A DNA stretch of 64,000 bases from Thermoplasmatota archaeon (GCA_029259115.1 JAPDJO010000035.1:11896-75895), one strand, 5' to 3'; positions 27,472-38,758 are shown, numbered from the stretch's first letter. Numbers and translations: made by a program. The notes: generated from the letters alone by a model not told the origin.

Positions 27472-30400
27472 ATGGATAGAGAATGGATAGAATCTGATAC
27501 AAAGAAATACTTTGGCTCCCTCCAGTCAGAAGTAGATAGATGTTACAAGATAGCTTCAACAGCCAGGAGTAGAGGTTTGGATCCGTCTAAAGATGTTGAA
27601 ATCCCTCAAGCTAAGGATCTTGCAGCGAGAGTAGAGGAGTTGGTTGGACCGAAAGGTATAGCTGAAAAGATAAGAAAGCTTAGTGAGGAAATAGAAGATA
27701 GAGAAGCTGTAGCTATAGAGATAGCGAGGAGTATAGCAAAGGAGGAGATAAAGAAACATGGGAAATTGGAGAAGGCGATAGAGCAAGCAGTAAGGACAGG
27801 TCTTGCAATAGTAACTGAAGGTGTTCTCGTTGCCCCTCTCGAAGGTATAGCAAGCGTCAGAATCGGAAAGAACAATGATGGTACAAATTATGTTGATCTC
27901 TACTTCTCTGGCCCAATAAGGAGTGCGGGAGGTACGGGTCAAGCTTTAAGCGTATTACTCGCAGATGTGGTGAGAAGAGAATTGGGAGTGGATAGATATA
28001 AACCTACAAGAGGAGAGATAGAGAGATATAAAGAGGAAATCCCTCTGTACAAGAGGGTTCAGCATCTTCAGTATCTTCCGACTCCAGATGAGATAGAGAT
28101 TATTGTTGGGAATTGCCCGATATGTATAAATGGCGAAGGAACTGAAAAAGAGGAGGTTACAGGTTATAGAGATCTACCCAGAGTTGAAACAAATAGGTTG
28201 AGAGGAGGAGCATGCCTTGTTATAGCTGAGGGTCTCTGCTTGAAAGCTCCAAAGATATTGAAGCATGTGTCTAGATTGAATATAGAGGGATGGGAATTCT
28301 TGAAGGATTTTGTTGAGAAAAAGGTGAATAGAGAAGATAGTAGTGAGGAAGAGGAGGAAGAAAATGAAGAAGAAACAAATGTTGAGCCTTCTGCAAAGTA
28401 TTTAGGAGAGGTGATAGCTGGTAGACCTGTCCTTTCCCATCCATCTAGGAAAGGTGGATTTAGATTAAGATATGGAAGATGCAGAACTTGTGGTCTTGCA
28501 TCAACCGCTATCCATCCAGCCACGATGTATCTTCTAGATGAGTTCATAGCTATAGGAACTCAGATGAAAACCGAGAGACCTGGAAAAGGAACCATAGGTA
28601 CGCCTTGCGATGAACTGGATGGTCCTCTCGTTCTTCTGAAAAATGGTGATCTGGTTAAGGTAGAGAGTGTGGAGGATGCAAAAAGGATCAGAAGTGAAAT
28701 AGAAGAGATCATAGATCTTGGAGAGATACTTATCCCATATGGAGAATTCATGGAGAATAACGCTAATCTTTTACCAGCCAGTTACTGTTATGAGTGGTGG
28801 ATACAAGAACTACAAAAGAAATTGGATATAGGTGCAGATCCTTCAAACTTTTCTGAGATATTGAGAGCTGAGAAAGAAACCAATGGGATCGTGAAAAAAG
28901 AGCTTGGGAGAGAAGTGGATCTTAGAGATCCCAGTCAAAGGATAGCTTTCGAGATATCCGAAAGATTTGGGGTGCCTCTCCATCCAAATTATACCCTTTT
29001 CTGGCATGATGTAAACAAAGATGATATTTTGTATTTGGTTAGATATGTAAGAAGTAACGTAAAGCTGGAAAGTAATGAAGAAAGTCTTATCTTGAGACTA
29101 CCTTTCGACGAGAGGATAAAAAAGATACTTATAGATCTTGGTTTAGAGTATAGGATTCGAAACCAAGAATTCAATATATCAAAGTTTTCTTACACCTTGA
29201 TAAGATCCTCTGGACTAGACATAGAAAATGGTAAACTAAAAGAAAGGGTGAGCATAGAAGAAATAGAAAGAGTTTGCACTGACGGGAGATTATCCTCGTT
29301 AGATGTGATATCAAGACTGTCTGGAGTTAGGATAAGGGAGAGGGCTCCAACAAGGATAGGAGCAAGGATGGGAAGGCCAGAAAAAGCTTCACCAAGAAGA
29401 ATGCGCCCGCCTCCGCACGTTCTGTTTCCGGTAGGGAACTATGGAGGTAATCAGAGGTTAATAAACTCTGCAGCGGAGAAAGGAAAGATAAAGGTCGAAG
29501 CTGGCTTGAGGAGATGCCCAAAATGCGGAAATGTAACATACAGAACCTTTTGTGACTGTGGAGAGCATACTGTTAATCTCGGTAGAGTTGTTGAGCAGGA
29601 GATAGACTTAAAAGAGGAATTGAAGAAAGCGGCAGAAAGGATAGGAATTAGTGTATTACCTGATACCATAAAGGGGGTTATTGGTACAATATCTAAAGAC
29701 AAGACTCCAGAGCCTTTGGAGAAGGGGATACTCAGAGCTAAGCATGGGATATTTGTTTTTAAGGATGGAACAACCAGATTTGATATGACAGATGCTCCTC
29801 TTACACATTTTAAACCAAGAGAGATTGGAGTATCTGTTGAGAAACTGAGAAAACTCGGATACGAAAGGGATTTTCAGGGAAATCCTTTGGAGAGAGAGGA
29901 TCAGATATGTGAACTTAAAGTTCAAGATATCATAATATCTAAGGACTGTGCAGATTATCTTGTTAAAGTGGCAAACTTTGTAGATGATCTACTTGAAAGG
30001 TTTTATGGAATGGAAAGGTTTTATAATGTTAAGGATAGAGAGGATCTAATTGGTCATTTGGTTGTTGGTCTAGCTCCGCATACATCGAGTGGTGTTGTTG
30101 GAAGAATTATCGGATTTACTGATGCTCAAACATGCTTCGCTCATCCTTTCTACCACGCAGCAAAGAGAAGAAACTGTGATGGAGACGAGGATAGTGTGAT
30201 GTTACTCTTAGATGCTCTCATCAACTTCTCTCATTCCTATATTCCTGAGAAAAGAGGAGGTAGGATGGATATCCCCCTGATACTTGCAACAAGAATAGAT
30301 CCCAGAGAGATAGATAAAGAAGCTCATAACATTGACATCCTGTTTAGATATCCCCTAGAGTTTTACGAAGCAACTTTGAGATATCTACATCCAAAGGATG

Positions 30401-30927
30401 TTGAAGAACATATGGAACTGGTTTCTCACAGGTTAGGTAGTGTTCTCCAGTACGGTGGATTTGGATTTACTCACGACACCAAAGACATATCTGAAGGTCC
30501 TCTCAAATCATCTTATAAAACTTTGAAAACGATGATGGACAAGATAGAGGCTCAATTAAGATTGGGTAAGCTCATAAGAGCTGTTGATGAAGGTGATGTT
30601 GCTTGCAAGGTGCTGGAGAGGCACTTTCTTCCAGACATACTTGGAAATCTGAGAGCGTTCAGCAAGCAAAACATAAGATGTCCATCCTGCAATACCATAT
30701 ATAGAAGAGTTCCTTTAAAAGGAAGATGCCCAAAGTGTGGAGGAAAGTTAACGTTGACAGTCCATAAAAAATCTGTCGAGAAGTACTTGAATATATCAAA
30801 GGAACTTGCAGAGAGGTATGATCTACCAAACTATGCGAAACAGAGATTAATTTTGGTCGAAAAGTCTATAAGATCTATGTTTGGGGAAGAAAAGAGAGTG
30901 ATAAGAAACCTGTTCGACTTTGGATAA
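27472..30927 (+). CDS. polC: DNA polymerase D large subunit DP2 (no intein)
   Basis: GPIRSAGGT, GGFRLRYGR, KDGTTRFD, HAAKRRNCDGDED, C-terminal Zn finger. Confidence 0.97.
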   Translation: MDREWIESDTKKYFGSLQSEVDRCYKIASTARSRGLDPSKDVEIPQAKDLAARVEELVGPKGIAEKIRKLSEEIEDREAVAIEIARSIAKEEIKKHGKLEKAIEQAVRTGLAIVTEGVLVAPLEGIASVRIGKNNDGTNYVDLYFSGPIRSAGGTGQALSVLLADVVRRELGVDRYKPTRGEIERYKEEIPLYKRVQHLQYLPTPDEIEIIVGNCPICINGEGTEKEEVTGYRDLPRVETNRLRGGACLVIAEGLCLKAPKILKHVSRLNIEGWEFLKDFVEKKVNREDSSEEEEEENEEETNVEPSAKYLGEVIAGRPVLSHPSRKGGFRLRYGRCRTCGLASTAIHPATMYLLDEFIAIGTQMKTERPGKGTIGTPCDELDGPLVLLKNGDLVKVESVEDAKRIRSEIEEIIDLGEILIPYGEFMENNANLLPASYCYEWWIQELQKKLDIGADPSNFSEILRAEKETNGIVKKELGREVDLRDPSQRIAFEISERFGVPLHPNYTLFWHDVNKDDILYLVRYVRSNVKLESNEESLILRLPFDERIKKILIDLGLEYRIRNQEFNISKFSYTLIRSSGLDIENGKLKERVSIEEIERVCTDGRLSSLDVISRLSGVRIRERAPTRIGARMGRPEKASPRRMRPPPHVLFPVGNYGGNQRLINSAAEKGKIKVEAGLRRCPKCGNVTYRTFCDCGEHTVNLGRVVEQEIDLKEELKKAAERIGISVLPDTIKGVIGTISKDKTPEPLEKGILRAKHGIFVFKDGTTRFDMTDAPLTHFKPREIGVSVEKLRKLGYERDFQGNPLEREDQICELKVQDIIISKDCADYLVKVANFVDDLLERFYGMERFYNVKDREDLIGHLVVGLAPHTSSGVVGRIIGFTDAQTCFAHPFYHAAKRRNCDGDEDSVMLLLDALINFSHSYIPEKRGGRMDIPLILATRIDPREIDKEAHNIDILFRYPLEFYEATLRYLHPKDVEEHMELVSHRLGSVLQYGGFGFTHDTKDISEGPLKSSYKTLKTMMDKIEAQLRLGKLIRAVDEGDVACKVLERHFLPDILGNLRAFSKQNIRCPSCNTIYRRVPLKGRCPKCGGKLTLTVHKKSVEKYLNISKELAERYDLPNYAKQRLILVEKSIRSMFGEEKRVIRNLFDFG

Positions 30928-30960
30928 GTTTTTAATTCTGATGGTTGAATATACAGTCAG

Positions 30961-33753
30961 ATGAAGAGGGTCAGCGTTCTAGTTATTCTGACGTTGATAT
31001 TCCCGAGCTCTGCATTTTGCAGAGGGGATGAAAGTGGCTACCACTTGGTTGACAAAATCGAAAGGAAAATAGAGATTTCTCCCCTTTCGGACTATTGGAT
31101 AAAGATTTCTGCAGATGATTTCAAGATCAATGAGAAGAGATTCAGCTTTGCAAGGAATCTTTCTTTGAAAAAGGAGAAAGCACTTGCGAAGGCGCCGGCT
31201 TGGATACAGGCTGAGCTTGCCAGTAGATTAGGAGAGGTTGGTGATGATTACGCGAATCTAATTTTATCCTTAGATAAGAGGTATGTTGACGAAATCACCT
31301 TTTCCATGGTTTCCTCGCCGATCGGAAAGATACCATCTACAGAGGTTCTGAAGAGGAATGTTCTCTCGATCTACAAGATCGATAAGGATTTGGGGTTCGT
31401 TGATGTAGTAGATTTAAATATGAGTTCAAGGGAATACAAATCTACTCTGAGGTACAGGGTAATGGATAATGGAAGAGAAGAGACGATCTTATGCCCACCC
31501 GATATCTATTACTGGTATGTTGTTAGTCCGAGGATAGGTTATGAGGATCCGAAGATGGTATATGGTCATTTCTGGAGAGAATATGTGATGTACCACAATG
31601 ATATAGGTTATCCTCTGCTAAGGGAGAAACTGGAAGGGATAAGGTATCTATGGGACAGAAAATCCTATATCCAGCCGAAGCACAGGACATGGAACTGGAG
31701 CATATCAAACCATCCAACAGCCGTAGAAGCTATAAGCTACTGGGTAGGGAAGACGATACCGGTTCAGGCATATGGAGACAGACCTTCCCAGCCCAATGTT
31801 ATAGCGCACGAGCATAACGGCTGGTGCGGGGAGCTCTACAAAGTAGCAGTAGCTGCTCTCAGGAGCTCGCTAATACCGGCGACAGGCGTTACCACAAGAG
31901 GAGAAGATCACGTCTGGCAGATGTTCTATGACGAGGGTTGGCATCAGAGCGATAACTGGTGGGAAGATGGGGGTGGATCGATCAACAGAACAGATATCTA
32001 TGCATACTTGTGGGGATGGAACATATCATCTATCCATTTCTTCAGAGGGGATGGCCTGATCTTCGATATAACCGATAAGTATCTCAGAGAGGATGATCTA
32101 AGGTTTGTTGATTTCGAGGTAACAGATGCCAGGGGAAAGGGATTAGACGGTATCAGGATCTTGGTTCTCGTTAAAGGACCCCTTGACTGGAGTTGGATCA
32201 AGTACAAGATATGGGATCTCTTTGTAGAGAGTTTATGGAAAAGGCTTCCAGAGGGGATAAAGTCTAGACCATTGCCTTCGAAGATATACGAGGCTTTGAA
32301 AAGATTTTACGACAGGATACCAGATGTTGTAAAGCTAGTCAAGCTCGCTACTTGGAACTACACCGATCTAGAAGGAAGATGTAGATTTAAGCTGGGCGTG
32401 AACAGGAGCTATATCTTCGTGGTTCTAGGCTCAAAGGATATACCCATCCTGCCCAGGGTTCTCTTCCTTGGTAGGGGTAAGGATGACAAGGTTTTCAGGA
32501 TCAGAACATGCTTCATCAGGAAGATGCCAAGATGGAAACTTACAAGCAAATCCTTAATAGGGGATAACAGGCTTAGGATCTGCTTTAATGCAAGATCATA
32601 CCAGCTTCAGGCTGGGATACTGGGAAGCAAATACAAGGGGAAGAGGTGGATGAAAGGTGAAATAGATTGTTTCGTGATGGATGAAGAGAATTTCAAGAGA
32701 TATCTGAAGGGTAGGAAATTCTCCTGTATGGTATACTCATCTGGAGAGAATCTATCTCTTCGTTTCTCCAAGGATATCTATATCGTTTTCAGGAATAATG
32801 CTGTGAGAAGTTACGCTCTCCTTGATCTTTCCATGAAAATAGAGACGAGGAGATTTGTAGATAAGGTCAGGATATTGGAGCCAAAGAAGGATATCATGGA
32901 TAAACCCATTTTTGATATAGGAGATAAGATAAATATAAGCGGTATAGCTACTACAGAGCCAAAACTTCTGATAGATGGAAGGGAGGTAGAGATTAAAGAG
33001 AAAGGAATGAGATGGTGGTACCTTTGGGATACAAGAGGATTGGATGAAGGAGAATATGTTATTGAAGCCGAGTGCAAAAAATCTGAAGATAAAGTGGTTG
33101 TGAGATTGTTCGATCTATCCCCACCAAAAATAAATGTTCTACCTTTCTCAAAGATTGTGAATAAAGATGTTTGCAATGAGCTTGTTATATCTGGAAGCTG
33201 TACCGATAACTATGAAATCAAAAGGGTTGAAGCTTGTTTAGATGGAAAAGATATCGAGATATCCTTGGATGGAACCGTATGGTCTATCAAGATAGACCTG
33301 AAGGATCTTGATCCGGGAGATCATCACCTAGAGATCAAAGCTACAGATGTTTCCGGTCTAACAACATCTAAACCTGTTTCGTTCTCAGTAATCAATGACT
33401 CTGTTACTGGGCCGAGGATAATCAACTTATATCATCATCCTTCCCAGCCAACCTCAAAAGATAACATCATCATCTATGCAAACATCTCATCCGAAGGGTT
33501 TGAGATAAAGGATGTTTGGCTCTATCTGGAGATGGGTGAGAAAATCATCAAGAGAAGGATGTTCAGATACGCCTCATTCCCGGTTCAGGAAAGACACGAG
33601 GAAGATCCTCTGGCAGACCTTCCAAACAATCCTCTATTCGGCGCGGAGCTTGGCGAGTTTCCCTCTAACTCAAGCATCACTTACTGGATAGAGGTTACAA
33701 ATAGCGCAGATCTATCAACGAGTTCTGATAAAGTAACGATACGCATCCTTTAA
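30961..33753 (+). CDS. Secreted transglutaminase-like (Cys-His-Asp) protein with C-terminal Ig-like domains
   Basis: Signal peptide; GWCGE, EDHVW, WHQSD; Ig-like repeats (YLWDTRGLDEGEYVI, LDPGDHHLEIKATD). Confidence 0.7.
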   Translation: MKRVSVLVILTLIFPSSAFCRGDESGYHLVDKIERKIEISPLSDYWIKISADDFKINEKRFSFARNLSLKKEKALAKAPAWIQAELASRLGEVGDDYANLILSLDKRYVDEITFSMVSSPIGKIPSTEVLKRNVLSIYKIDKDLGFVDVVDLNMSSREYKSTLRYRVMDNGREETILCPPDIYYWYVVSPRIGYEDPKMVYGHFWREYVMYHNDIGYPLLREKLEGIRYLWDRKSYIQPKHRTWNWSISNHPTAVEAISYWVGKTIPVQAYGDRPSQPNVIAHEHNGWCGELYKVAVAALRSSLIPATGVTTRGEDHVWQMFYDEGWHQSDNWWEDGGGSINRTDIYAYLWGWNISSIHFFRGDGLIFDITDKYLREDDLRFVDFEVTDARGKGLDGIRILVLVKGPLDWSWIKYKIWDLFVESLWKRLPEGIKSRPLPSKIYEALKRFYDRIPDVVKLVKLATWNYTDLEGRCRFKLGVNRSYIFVVLGSKDIPILPRVLFLGRGKDDKVFRIRTCFIRKMPRWKLTSKSLIGDNRLRICFNARSYQLQAGILGSKYKGKRWMKGEIDCFVMDEENFKRYLKGRKFSCMVYSSGENLSLRFSKDIYIVFRNNAVRSYALLDLSMKIETRRFVDKVRILEPKKDIMDKPIFDIGDKINISGIATTEPKLLIDGREVEIKEKGMRWWYLWDTRGLDEGEYVIEAECKKSEDKVVVRLFDLSPPKINVLPFSKIVNKDVCNELVISGSCTDNYEIKRVEACLDGKDIEISLDGTVWSIKIDLKDLDPGDHHLEIKATDVSGLTTSKPVSFSVINDSVTGPRIINLYHHPSQPTSKDNIIIYANISSEGFEIKDVWLYLEMGEKIIKRRMFRYASFPVQERHEEDPLADLPNNPLFGAELGEFPSNSSITYWIEVTNSADLSTSSDKVTIRIL

Positions 33754-33784
33754 AAGTATAGACAGATTTTTTGAGAGAAGTGAC

Positions 33785-34888
33785 ATGAGATTTTACGCAA
33801 CCCTCCCAATGGGACTCGAGAAGATATCTGCTGAAGAGATAAGGAAGATTGGAGGGAAAGTTTTAGAAATAAAAGATCAGAGAGGGAGGGTATTTTTTGA
33901 AGGAAAAGATGATCTTATACCCAAGTTAAACTTTCTTTCGAGAACTTTAGAGAGAGTTATGGTTTTGCTAGGGTATGAAAGGATAGATTCTTTAGATGAT
34001 ATCTACGCATGTGTCAAGAAAATCGATTTCTCTTTTATCAAGCCTAATCAGAGCTTCGCGATAAGATCTCTCAGGGTTGGCGAGCATAACTTTACCTCGA
34101 TAGACATATCGAGAGAAGCAGGGCAGGCGGTCATCGATAGCTATCTCCAAGATAAAAAAGTTAGATTGAGAGTGGATCTCGATAAACCAGACATTATAGT
34201 AAGGGTTGATCTCATCTATGATGAACTATTTATAGGTTTAGATACAACGGGGGATAAGGCTTTGCACAAAAGATGGTATAGAGTATACAATCATCCAGCT
34301 CCCCTCAATACTGCTATAGCAAGCTCTATGATATTTTTGTCTGGTTGGAGGAAAGGAAGAATCTTGTTTGATCCGATGTGCGGCGGAGGTACAATACCCA
34401 TAGAGGCTGCTATGATCTTGAGGAATATACCTCCAGGGAAGAACAGGGAATTCTCCTATTTTAAATTCCTTGGAGAGATTATTCCGGAATGCGATGAAAA
34501 TACAGGCATATCCCCCATATATGGATCTGACAAGTTCAAAAAGCATGTCGAAGGAGCAAAAAGAAATGCGAGAGAGGCGGGAGTTGAAGATACAATAGAG
34601 TTTTTTGAAGGAGATATTCTTGAGATTAAAGATTTGAAGACAAACTTCATAATAACCAATCCTCCATATGGTTTGAGAATAGGAAGAAAAAGGATGATAG
34701 AAGATCTTTACAGGGGTTTTTTCGATAGATGCTCTGATATACTGGTAGGGGAGTCTATAGTTGTTATAATAACTCCGTATAGTAGGTTGGTAGAGGATAT
34801 ATCTAGGGATCTTGATCTCAGATTATTAGAGAAGCTCCCTGTGAAGTATGGAAACCTAGATACCACTATTTTCAAGTTGAAGATATAG
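33785..34888 (+). CDS. trm14: THUMP-domain tRNA (guanine-N2)-methyltransferase, Trm14-like
   Basis: THUMP domain, LHKRWYR..HPAPL, DPMCGGGTI, NPPYG. Confidence 0.82.
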   Translation: MRFYATLPMGLEKISAEEIRKIGGKVLEIKDQRGRVFFEGKDDLIPKLNFLSRTLERVMVLLGYERIDSLDDIYACVKKIDFSFIKPNQSFAIRSLRVGEHNFTSIDISREAGQAVIDSYLQDKKVRLRVDLDKPDIIVRVDLIYDELFIGLDTTGDKALHKRWYRVYNHPAPLNTAIASSMIFLSGWRKGRILFDPMCGGGTIPIEAAMILRNIPPGKNREFSYFKFLGEIIPECDENTGISPIYGSDKFKKHVEGAKRNAREAGVEDTIEFFEGDILEIKDLKTNFIITNPPYGLRIGRKRMIEDLYRGFFDRCSDILVGESIVVIITPYSRLVEDISRDLDLRLLEKLPVKYGNLDTTIFKLKI

Positions 34889-34903
34889 TATCAATTTCTA
34901 TGA

Positions 34904-35218
34904 TTAACCAAAGAGTGCGCTGAGTCCTGCTGCTGCTTCTTCCTCGCTGACTTCCTCTTCCTTCTTCTTTTCCTCTTTCTTCTCCTCTTCCTTCTTCTCC
35001 TCTTTTGTCTCTGCTGGAGCTGCAGCCTGTACTGGTGCTGCAAGGGTTGCGCTCTTTATAGCTTCCTCTATGTTAACTCCCTCTAAAGATGTTACAAGAG
35101 CTTTTACTCTTGCCTCATCTACTTGTACTCCAGCAGCCTCAAGCACCTTTTTCACATTTTCCTCATTTATTTCCTTTCCCGCAGCATGCAGGAGCATGGC
35201 ACTATAGATGTATTCCAT
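34904..35218 (-). CDS. rpl12: 50S ribosomal stalk protein L12/P1
   Basis: [11 protein letters not shown]...[10 protein letters not shown]. Confidence 0.97.
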   Translation of the reverse strand: MEYIYSAMLLHAAGKEINEENVKKVLEAAGVQVDEARVKALVTSLEGVNIEEAIKSATLAAPVQAAAPAETKEEKKEEEKKEEKKKEEEVSEEEAAAGLSALFG

Positions 35219-35231
35219 CTCTATCTCCTCC

Positions 35232-36077
35232 TTATGTCTTTTTATCTAATATACTCTTCAGAGATGATGCTTGGGCATGAGCCTTTGCAAGCAACATCTC
35301 TATATTGTTTTTAGTTGGGAATGATATAGATATAGATAGAGCGAGGGCATCTTGGTATGCTTTTGATATTAAATAGTTTATCGTCTCTGGAGTTGTCCAT
35401 TTCCTGTCTATAGCTAGCAAGAATGCGTTTCTTATAGCGGTTATAAGTTCTGATCTAAACTTCTCTTCATCTATCTCTAGTACATCCGGGGTGAATATAA
35501 CGCCATCTTCATATACAGCTTTTAGATCCAGACCTATCTCTATCGGATAAATCTCGAGCCTTGTTAAAGCCTGAGCGATTTCTTTTGATATCTCCTCCCC
35601 AGCTCTTACAAGAACTTTATCCTTCTTTATAACAACCTTTCCACCTTCTATAGCTGCAGGTATCCCAACTTTTTGTAATTCTCCAACAATGGGGCCAGGT
35701 TTGAATGGAGTTTCTCCGGCCTTGACCTCTATATCATGCTGAGCTATCTCTCCTCCTTTTGCTGGAGCTTTTGTTCTACTCTCTTTTATAAACTTATAGA
35801 GCTTGAAGGGATTTTCTTTAGTAGCTAAGATAGCTGTTTGCCCAGAGATTGAATTTGCCAAATCCTTTATCTTCCCTCCAACCTCTTCCAATGCTCTCTT
35901 TATCAGTCTGTTCTTACTAACTCTCAAAACACCTATCTCTCTTATTTTTTCCCTGAGTTTTTGCATTTGAGGAGCTGGTATATTCTCTATCCCAACTATG
36001 GCTATCGATGGGTACGAGCTGATGATGTTTTTCAGTTCTTCAACCTCTTTAAATTTCCATTGAGCTACATGAGCCAT
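35232..36077 (-). CDS. rpl10: 50S ribosomal protein L10/P0
   Basis: HVAQWK, APAKGG, TPFKPGP. Confidence 0.96.
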   Translation of the reverse strand: MAHVAQWKFKEVEELKNIISSYPSIAIVGIENIPAPQMQKLREKIREIGVLRVSKNRLIKRALEEVGGKIKDLANSISGQTAILATKENPFKLYKFIKESRTKAPAKGGEIAQHDIEVKAGETPFKPGPIVGELQKVGIPAAIEGGKVVIKKDKVLVRAGEEISKEIAQALTRLEIYPIEIGLDLKAVYEDGVIFTPDVLEIDEEKFRSELITAIRNAFLLAIDRKWTTPETINYLISKAYQDALALSISISFPTKNNIEMLLAKAHAQASSLKSILDKKT

Positions 36078-36087
36078 ACCTAAAACC

Positions 36088-36735
36088 TCACATTACTCTT
36101 TGGGATGGACCCATAGTAGTTTTTACATAAACAGAATCTATATTGTACCTGCCCCTTTCTAACTTCTCTTCCAGTCTCTTTAGTATCGCCTGAAGGTTTT
36201 CTGCAAGTTTCTTTGGCTCCATATCCTCTGTTCCTATTAAAGTGTGGAAGGTTTTACTACTTCTGGATCTGATCCTTACGCTTTTTCTCAGATTATCAGC
36301 TATTGCTTTGATATCAGCATTTGGAGGTATTGGTTTTGGCATCTTCCCTCTTGGACCAAGAATAACTCCCAACTTCTTACCTATCGTTGGCATGAGAGGA
36401 GCTTCAGCAACGAAGAAGTCATGCTCATTAGCTATCTTTTTCATCCTTTTCTTATCTTTAGCTAAATCATCAATCTCCTCAGGTTTTATTATGAGATCGA
36501 CGACTCCTCTCGCTTTAAGAGCTAACTCTCCACCGGCAAAGAGAGCGATCTTTGCCGGTTTTCCTCTCCCATGAGGGAGGATTATCTCTTCATCTATCCT
36601 ATTTTTTGGATTATTCATATCAACATCTTTCAGAGTTATAGCTACGTCTACGCTTTGCTTGAATTTTCTTTCTTTGGAGTTTTGCAGTGCCTTTTCTATT
36701 GCCTCTAGGATTTTTTCCTCAACCATAACTATCAT
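36088..36735 (-). CDS. rpl1: 50S ribosomal protein L1
   Basis: RKFKQSVD, LGPRGKMPKP, KTTMGP; the start could be the ATG at 36726. Confidence 0.96.
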   Translation of the reverse strand: MIVMVEEKILEAIEKALQNSKERKFKQSVDVAITLKDVDMNNPKNRIDEEIILPHGRGKPAKIALFAGGELALKARGVVDLIIKPEEIDDLAKDKKRMKKIANEHDFFVAEAPLMPTIGKKLGVILGPRGKMPKPIPPNADIKAIADNLRKSVRIRSRSSKTFHTLIGTEDMEPKKLAENLQAILKRLEEKLERGRYNIDSVYVKTTMGPSQRVM

Positions 36736-36771
36736 CGATGCTTTAGATGTGGTTCTCGGGAATGGAAAGTG

Positions 36772-36782
36772 TATTTATAAAA
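36772..36782 (-). promoter_or_regulatory. Candidate TATA box for rpl1-rpl10-rpl12
   Basis: TTTTATAAATA on the minus strand, about 37 nt upstream of the rpl1 start. Confidence 0.5.
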
Positions 36783-36808
36783 TTGTTGGTGAAATCTATC
36801 TTTTATTT

Positions 36809-37753
36809 TTAATTTTCTCTCTCTATAATAACATCAAGCATCTCATCAGGATCTCTTATCTTTATCAACTCCTTCCTGCTTATAGTTGGAGTGCCTTCGA
36901 TATTCTTTCTCTCTTCCCTATCAGTAAAGATAACCGCATGTTTTCCCGTAACTCTTGCTATGCTTCCCATAACTCTCGCTCTCTTCTTGAGAGAGAAGTC
37001 ATATCTTCTTACACTAGTCAACAGCACATTTCTTCTCTCTTTACTCACGGCATCAAAAAGACATCTCCTAGTAGGTATAACCTTGTATCCTATCCTTTCT
37101 ATCATGGATAAAATCTCTTTTTGGAAATTGTAAAGCCATTCTATCTCCTCAACGCCTTGCTTTACTCTGGTTAATCTTATTGGCTGAAGAAGATCAAAAT
37201 CTTTTATTATACTCGGATGCAAGATCTCTTCCATAAGTGCCGCTATTTCTACTCTAGCATCCATTCCTTCCTCATACATCTTAATAGCTCTTCTAGAGAC
37301 ATGCAAGAGCCTAGCTAAATCCCCTCTTGAAAGATTTCTCTTTTCCCTTTCTTCTCTCAGTTTTCTTCCATCTATTCTCACATAAAACCCGCCTGGCGCC
37401 GCATACACTTGGATTGGAAGATTGTGAACCAGATAATTCTTTAGGGTATTTGGCGTTATAGTTGGTATACCGTTTCTAAAATAAACAACATCGTCCTCGA
37501 GTTTTGCTGAACCATCTCTTTCACCTATTAATATCAGAGAGGCTTTAAGTAGACAAGCGAGTGATTTGAGATCCCTTGCAACCTGATCTGTGAAAGCATC
37601 TATGTTAGTCAGGATTTTCAATATTAGCAAATCCTTTTCTCTTCTTGCGACTAAGTCAAAACCCACGTCCTTGAAATTGCATTCTTCTGATACATTAAAT
37701 CCTGCATCTTCTAGTATCCTTTTTACCCTGTATATTATTCCTTGTCTATCCAT
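36809..37753 (-). CDS. Conserved archaeal HTH (Cro/XRE-type) transcriptional regulator
   Basis: FDLVARR..LLILKILTNID, APGGFYVRIDG, LSRGDLARLLHVSRRAIKMYEEG. Confidence 0.85.
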   Translation of the reverse strand: MDRQGIIYRVKRILEDAGFNVSEECNFKDVGFDLVARREKDLLILKILTNIDAFTDQVARDLKSLACLLKASLILIGERDGSAKLEDDVVYFRNGIPTITPNTLKNYLVHNLPIQVYAAPGGFYVRIDGRKLREEREKRNLSRGDLARLLHVSRRAIKMYEEGMDARVEIAALMEEILHPSIIKDFDLLQPIRLTRVKQGVEEIEWLYNFQKEILSMIERIGYKVIPTRRCLFDAVSKERRNVLLTSVRRYDFSLKKRARVMGSIARVTGKHAVIFTDREERKNIEGTPTISRKELIKIRDPDEMLDVIIEREN

Positions 37754-37800
37754 ATCTATTAGAATTAAGTAGGAAGAAGTATATAAGTGTTCTTCTGGTT

Positions 37801-38688
37801 TTAGGCTAAATTTCCTCCGTATTCTGCAAAGAGTATACCTGTAATTGTTAATGCACCTCCGATGGCTGTCAGTATAGTTATCTCTTCATGGAGTATGTAG
37901 TATGCCATAATCGCCGTAAAGAGTGGAATTAGGTAGACATATGCTGCGACTATAGAAGATTCCCTTTTCTCTAGTACATAGTACCACACTATATACCCAA
38001 ATACAGAGCATAGTACAGAAAGGTAAACTATTGAAGAAATCGCTGTAAGGTGGAGGGCCATGGGAGATTGTATGCCTTCCCATAGGGCAAAAGGTATCAA
38101 AAATATCGTTCCAAGAATGAATACATTTGCTGTTAGATTTTCTGGATCATATTTGCTCAAAAGTTTCTTCCCTATCACTGTATAAACTGCCCATAACATT
38201 CCATCCACTATAAGAAGAAGATCTCCGTAGATTGTCCTCGAAGTAAATATTTCTAAATTACCTCTTGAAATCACTAAAGTGATACCAATAAATGCGATAA
38301 TTATTCCTAATGTTCTAATAAGGGTGACCCTCTCTCCTACAAGTATTGCAAATATAACAACAAATAAAGTCGCAGAGTTTATCAGTATCGATGCATTGGT
38401 TGCAGTCGTTAGTTTAAGTGCAAAGAATTGAAATGCATAAAGTAGGGTGACTCCTGATAAAGAAAGTAAGATAACGTTTGGCAAATCCACTTTCTCTGGA
38501 AATTTAAATTTTCCTTTGAGGAATACATAGAGGAAGATTATAGGTGATGCGAGGAGGAATCTGTATAGAGCTAGATTAAAGGGTGTGAGTTCTTTTAATC
38601 CAATTTTAATAAATATGAATGAACCTGCCCAGATTACCATGGTAATGATGAGGAGTAGGTTGTAGACGTAAGATTTTTCACTGCTCAC
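37801..38688 (-). CDS. EamA/DMT family transporter
   Basis: IWAGSFIFIK, RF, two EamA repeats; start moved to GTG 38688 to avoid overlap with tiaS. Confidence 0.88.
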   Translation of the reverse strand: MSSEKSYVYNLLLIITMVIWAGSFIFIKIGLKELTPFNLALYRFLLASPIIFLYVFLKGKFKFPEKVDLPNVILLSLSGVTLLYAFQFFALKLTTATNASILINSATLFVVIFAILVGERVTLIRTLGIIIAFIGITLVISRGNLEIFTSRTIYGDLLLIVDGMLWAVYTVIGKKLLSKYDPENLTANVFILGTIFLIPFALWEGIQSPMALHLTAISSIVYLSVLCSVFGYIVWYYVLEKRESSIVAAYVYLIPLFTAIMAYYILHEEITILTAIGGALTITGILFAEYGGNLA

Positions 38689-38758
38689 AGCTTTACGGAA
38701 GGACTTAATCAGATAAAAACGATTTGAAATTTCCAAGTAAAATGGTTGCGAGATTAAG

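Noticed and set aside
27472-30927. Intein in DP2 (and in RtcB)
   Set aside because: HAAKRRNCDGDED is uninterrupted, both proteins are normal length, and no splicing or LAGLIDADG motifs are visible.
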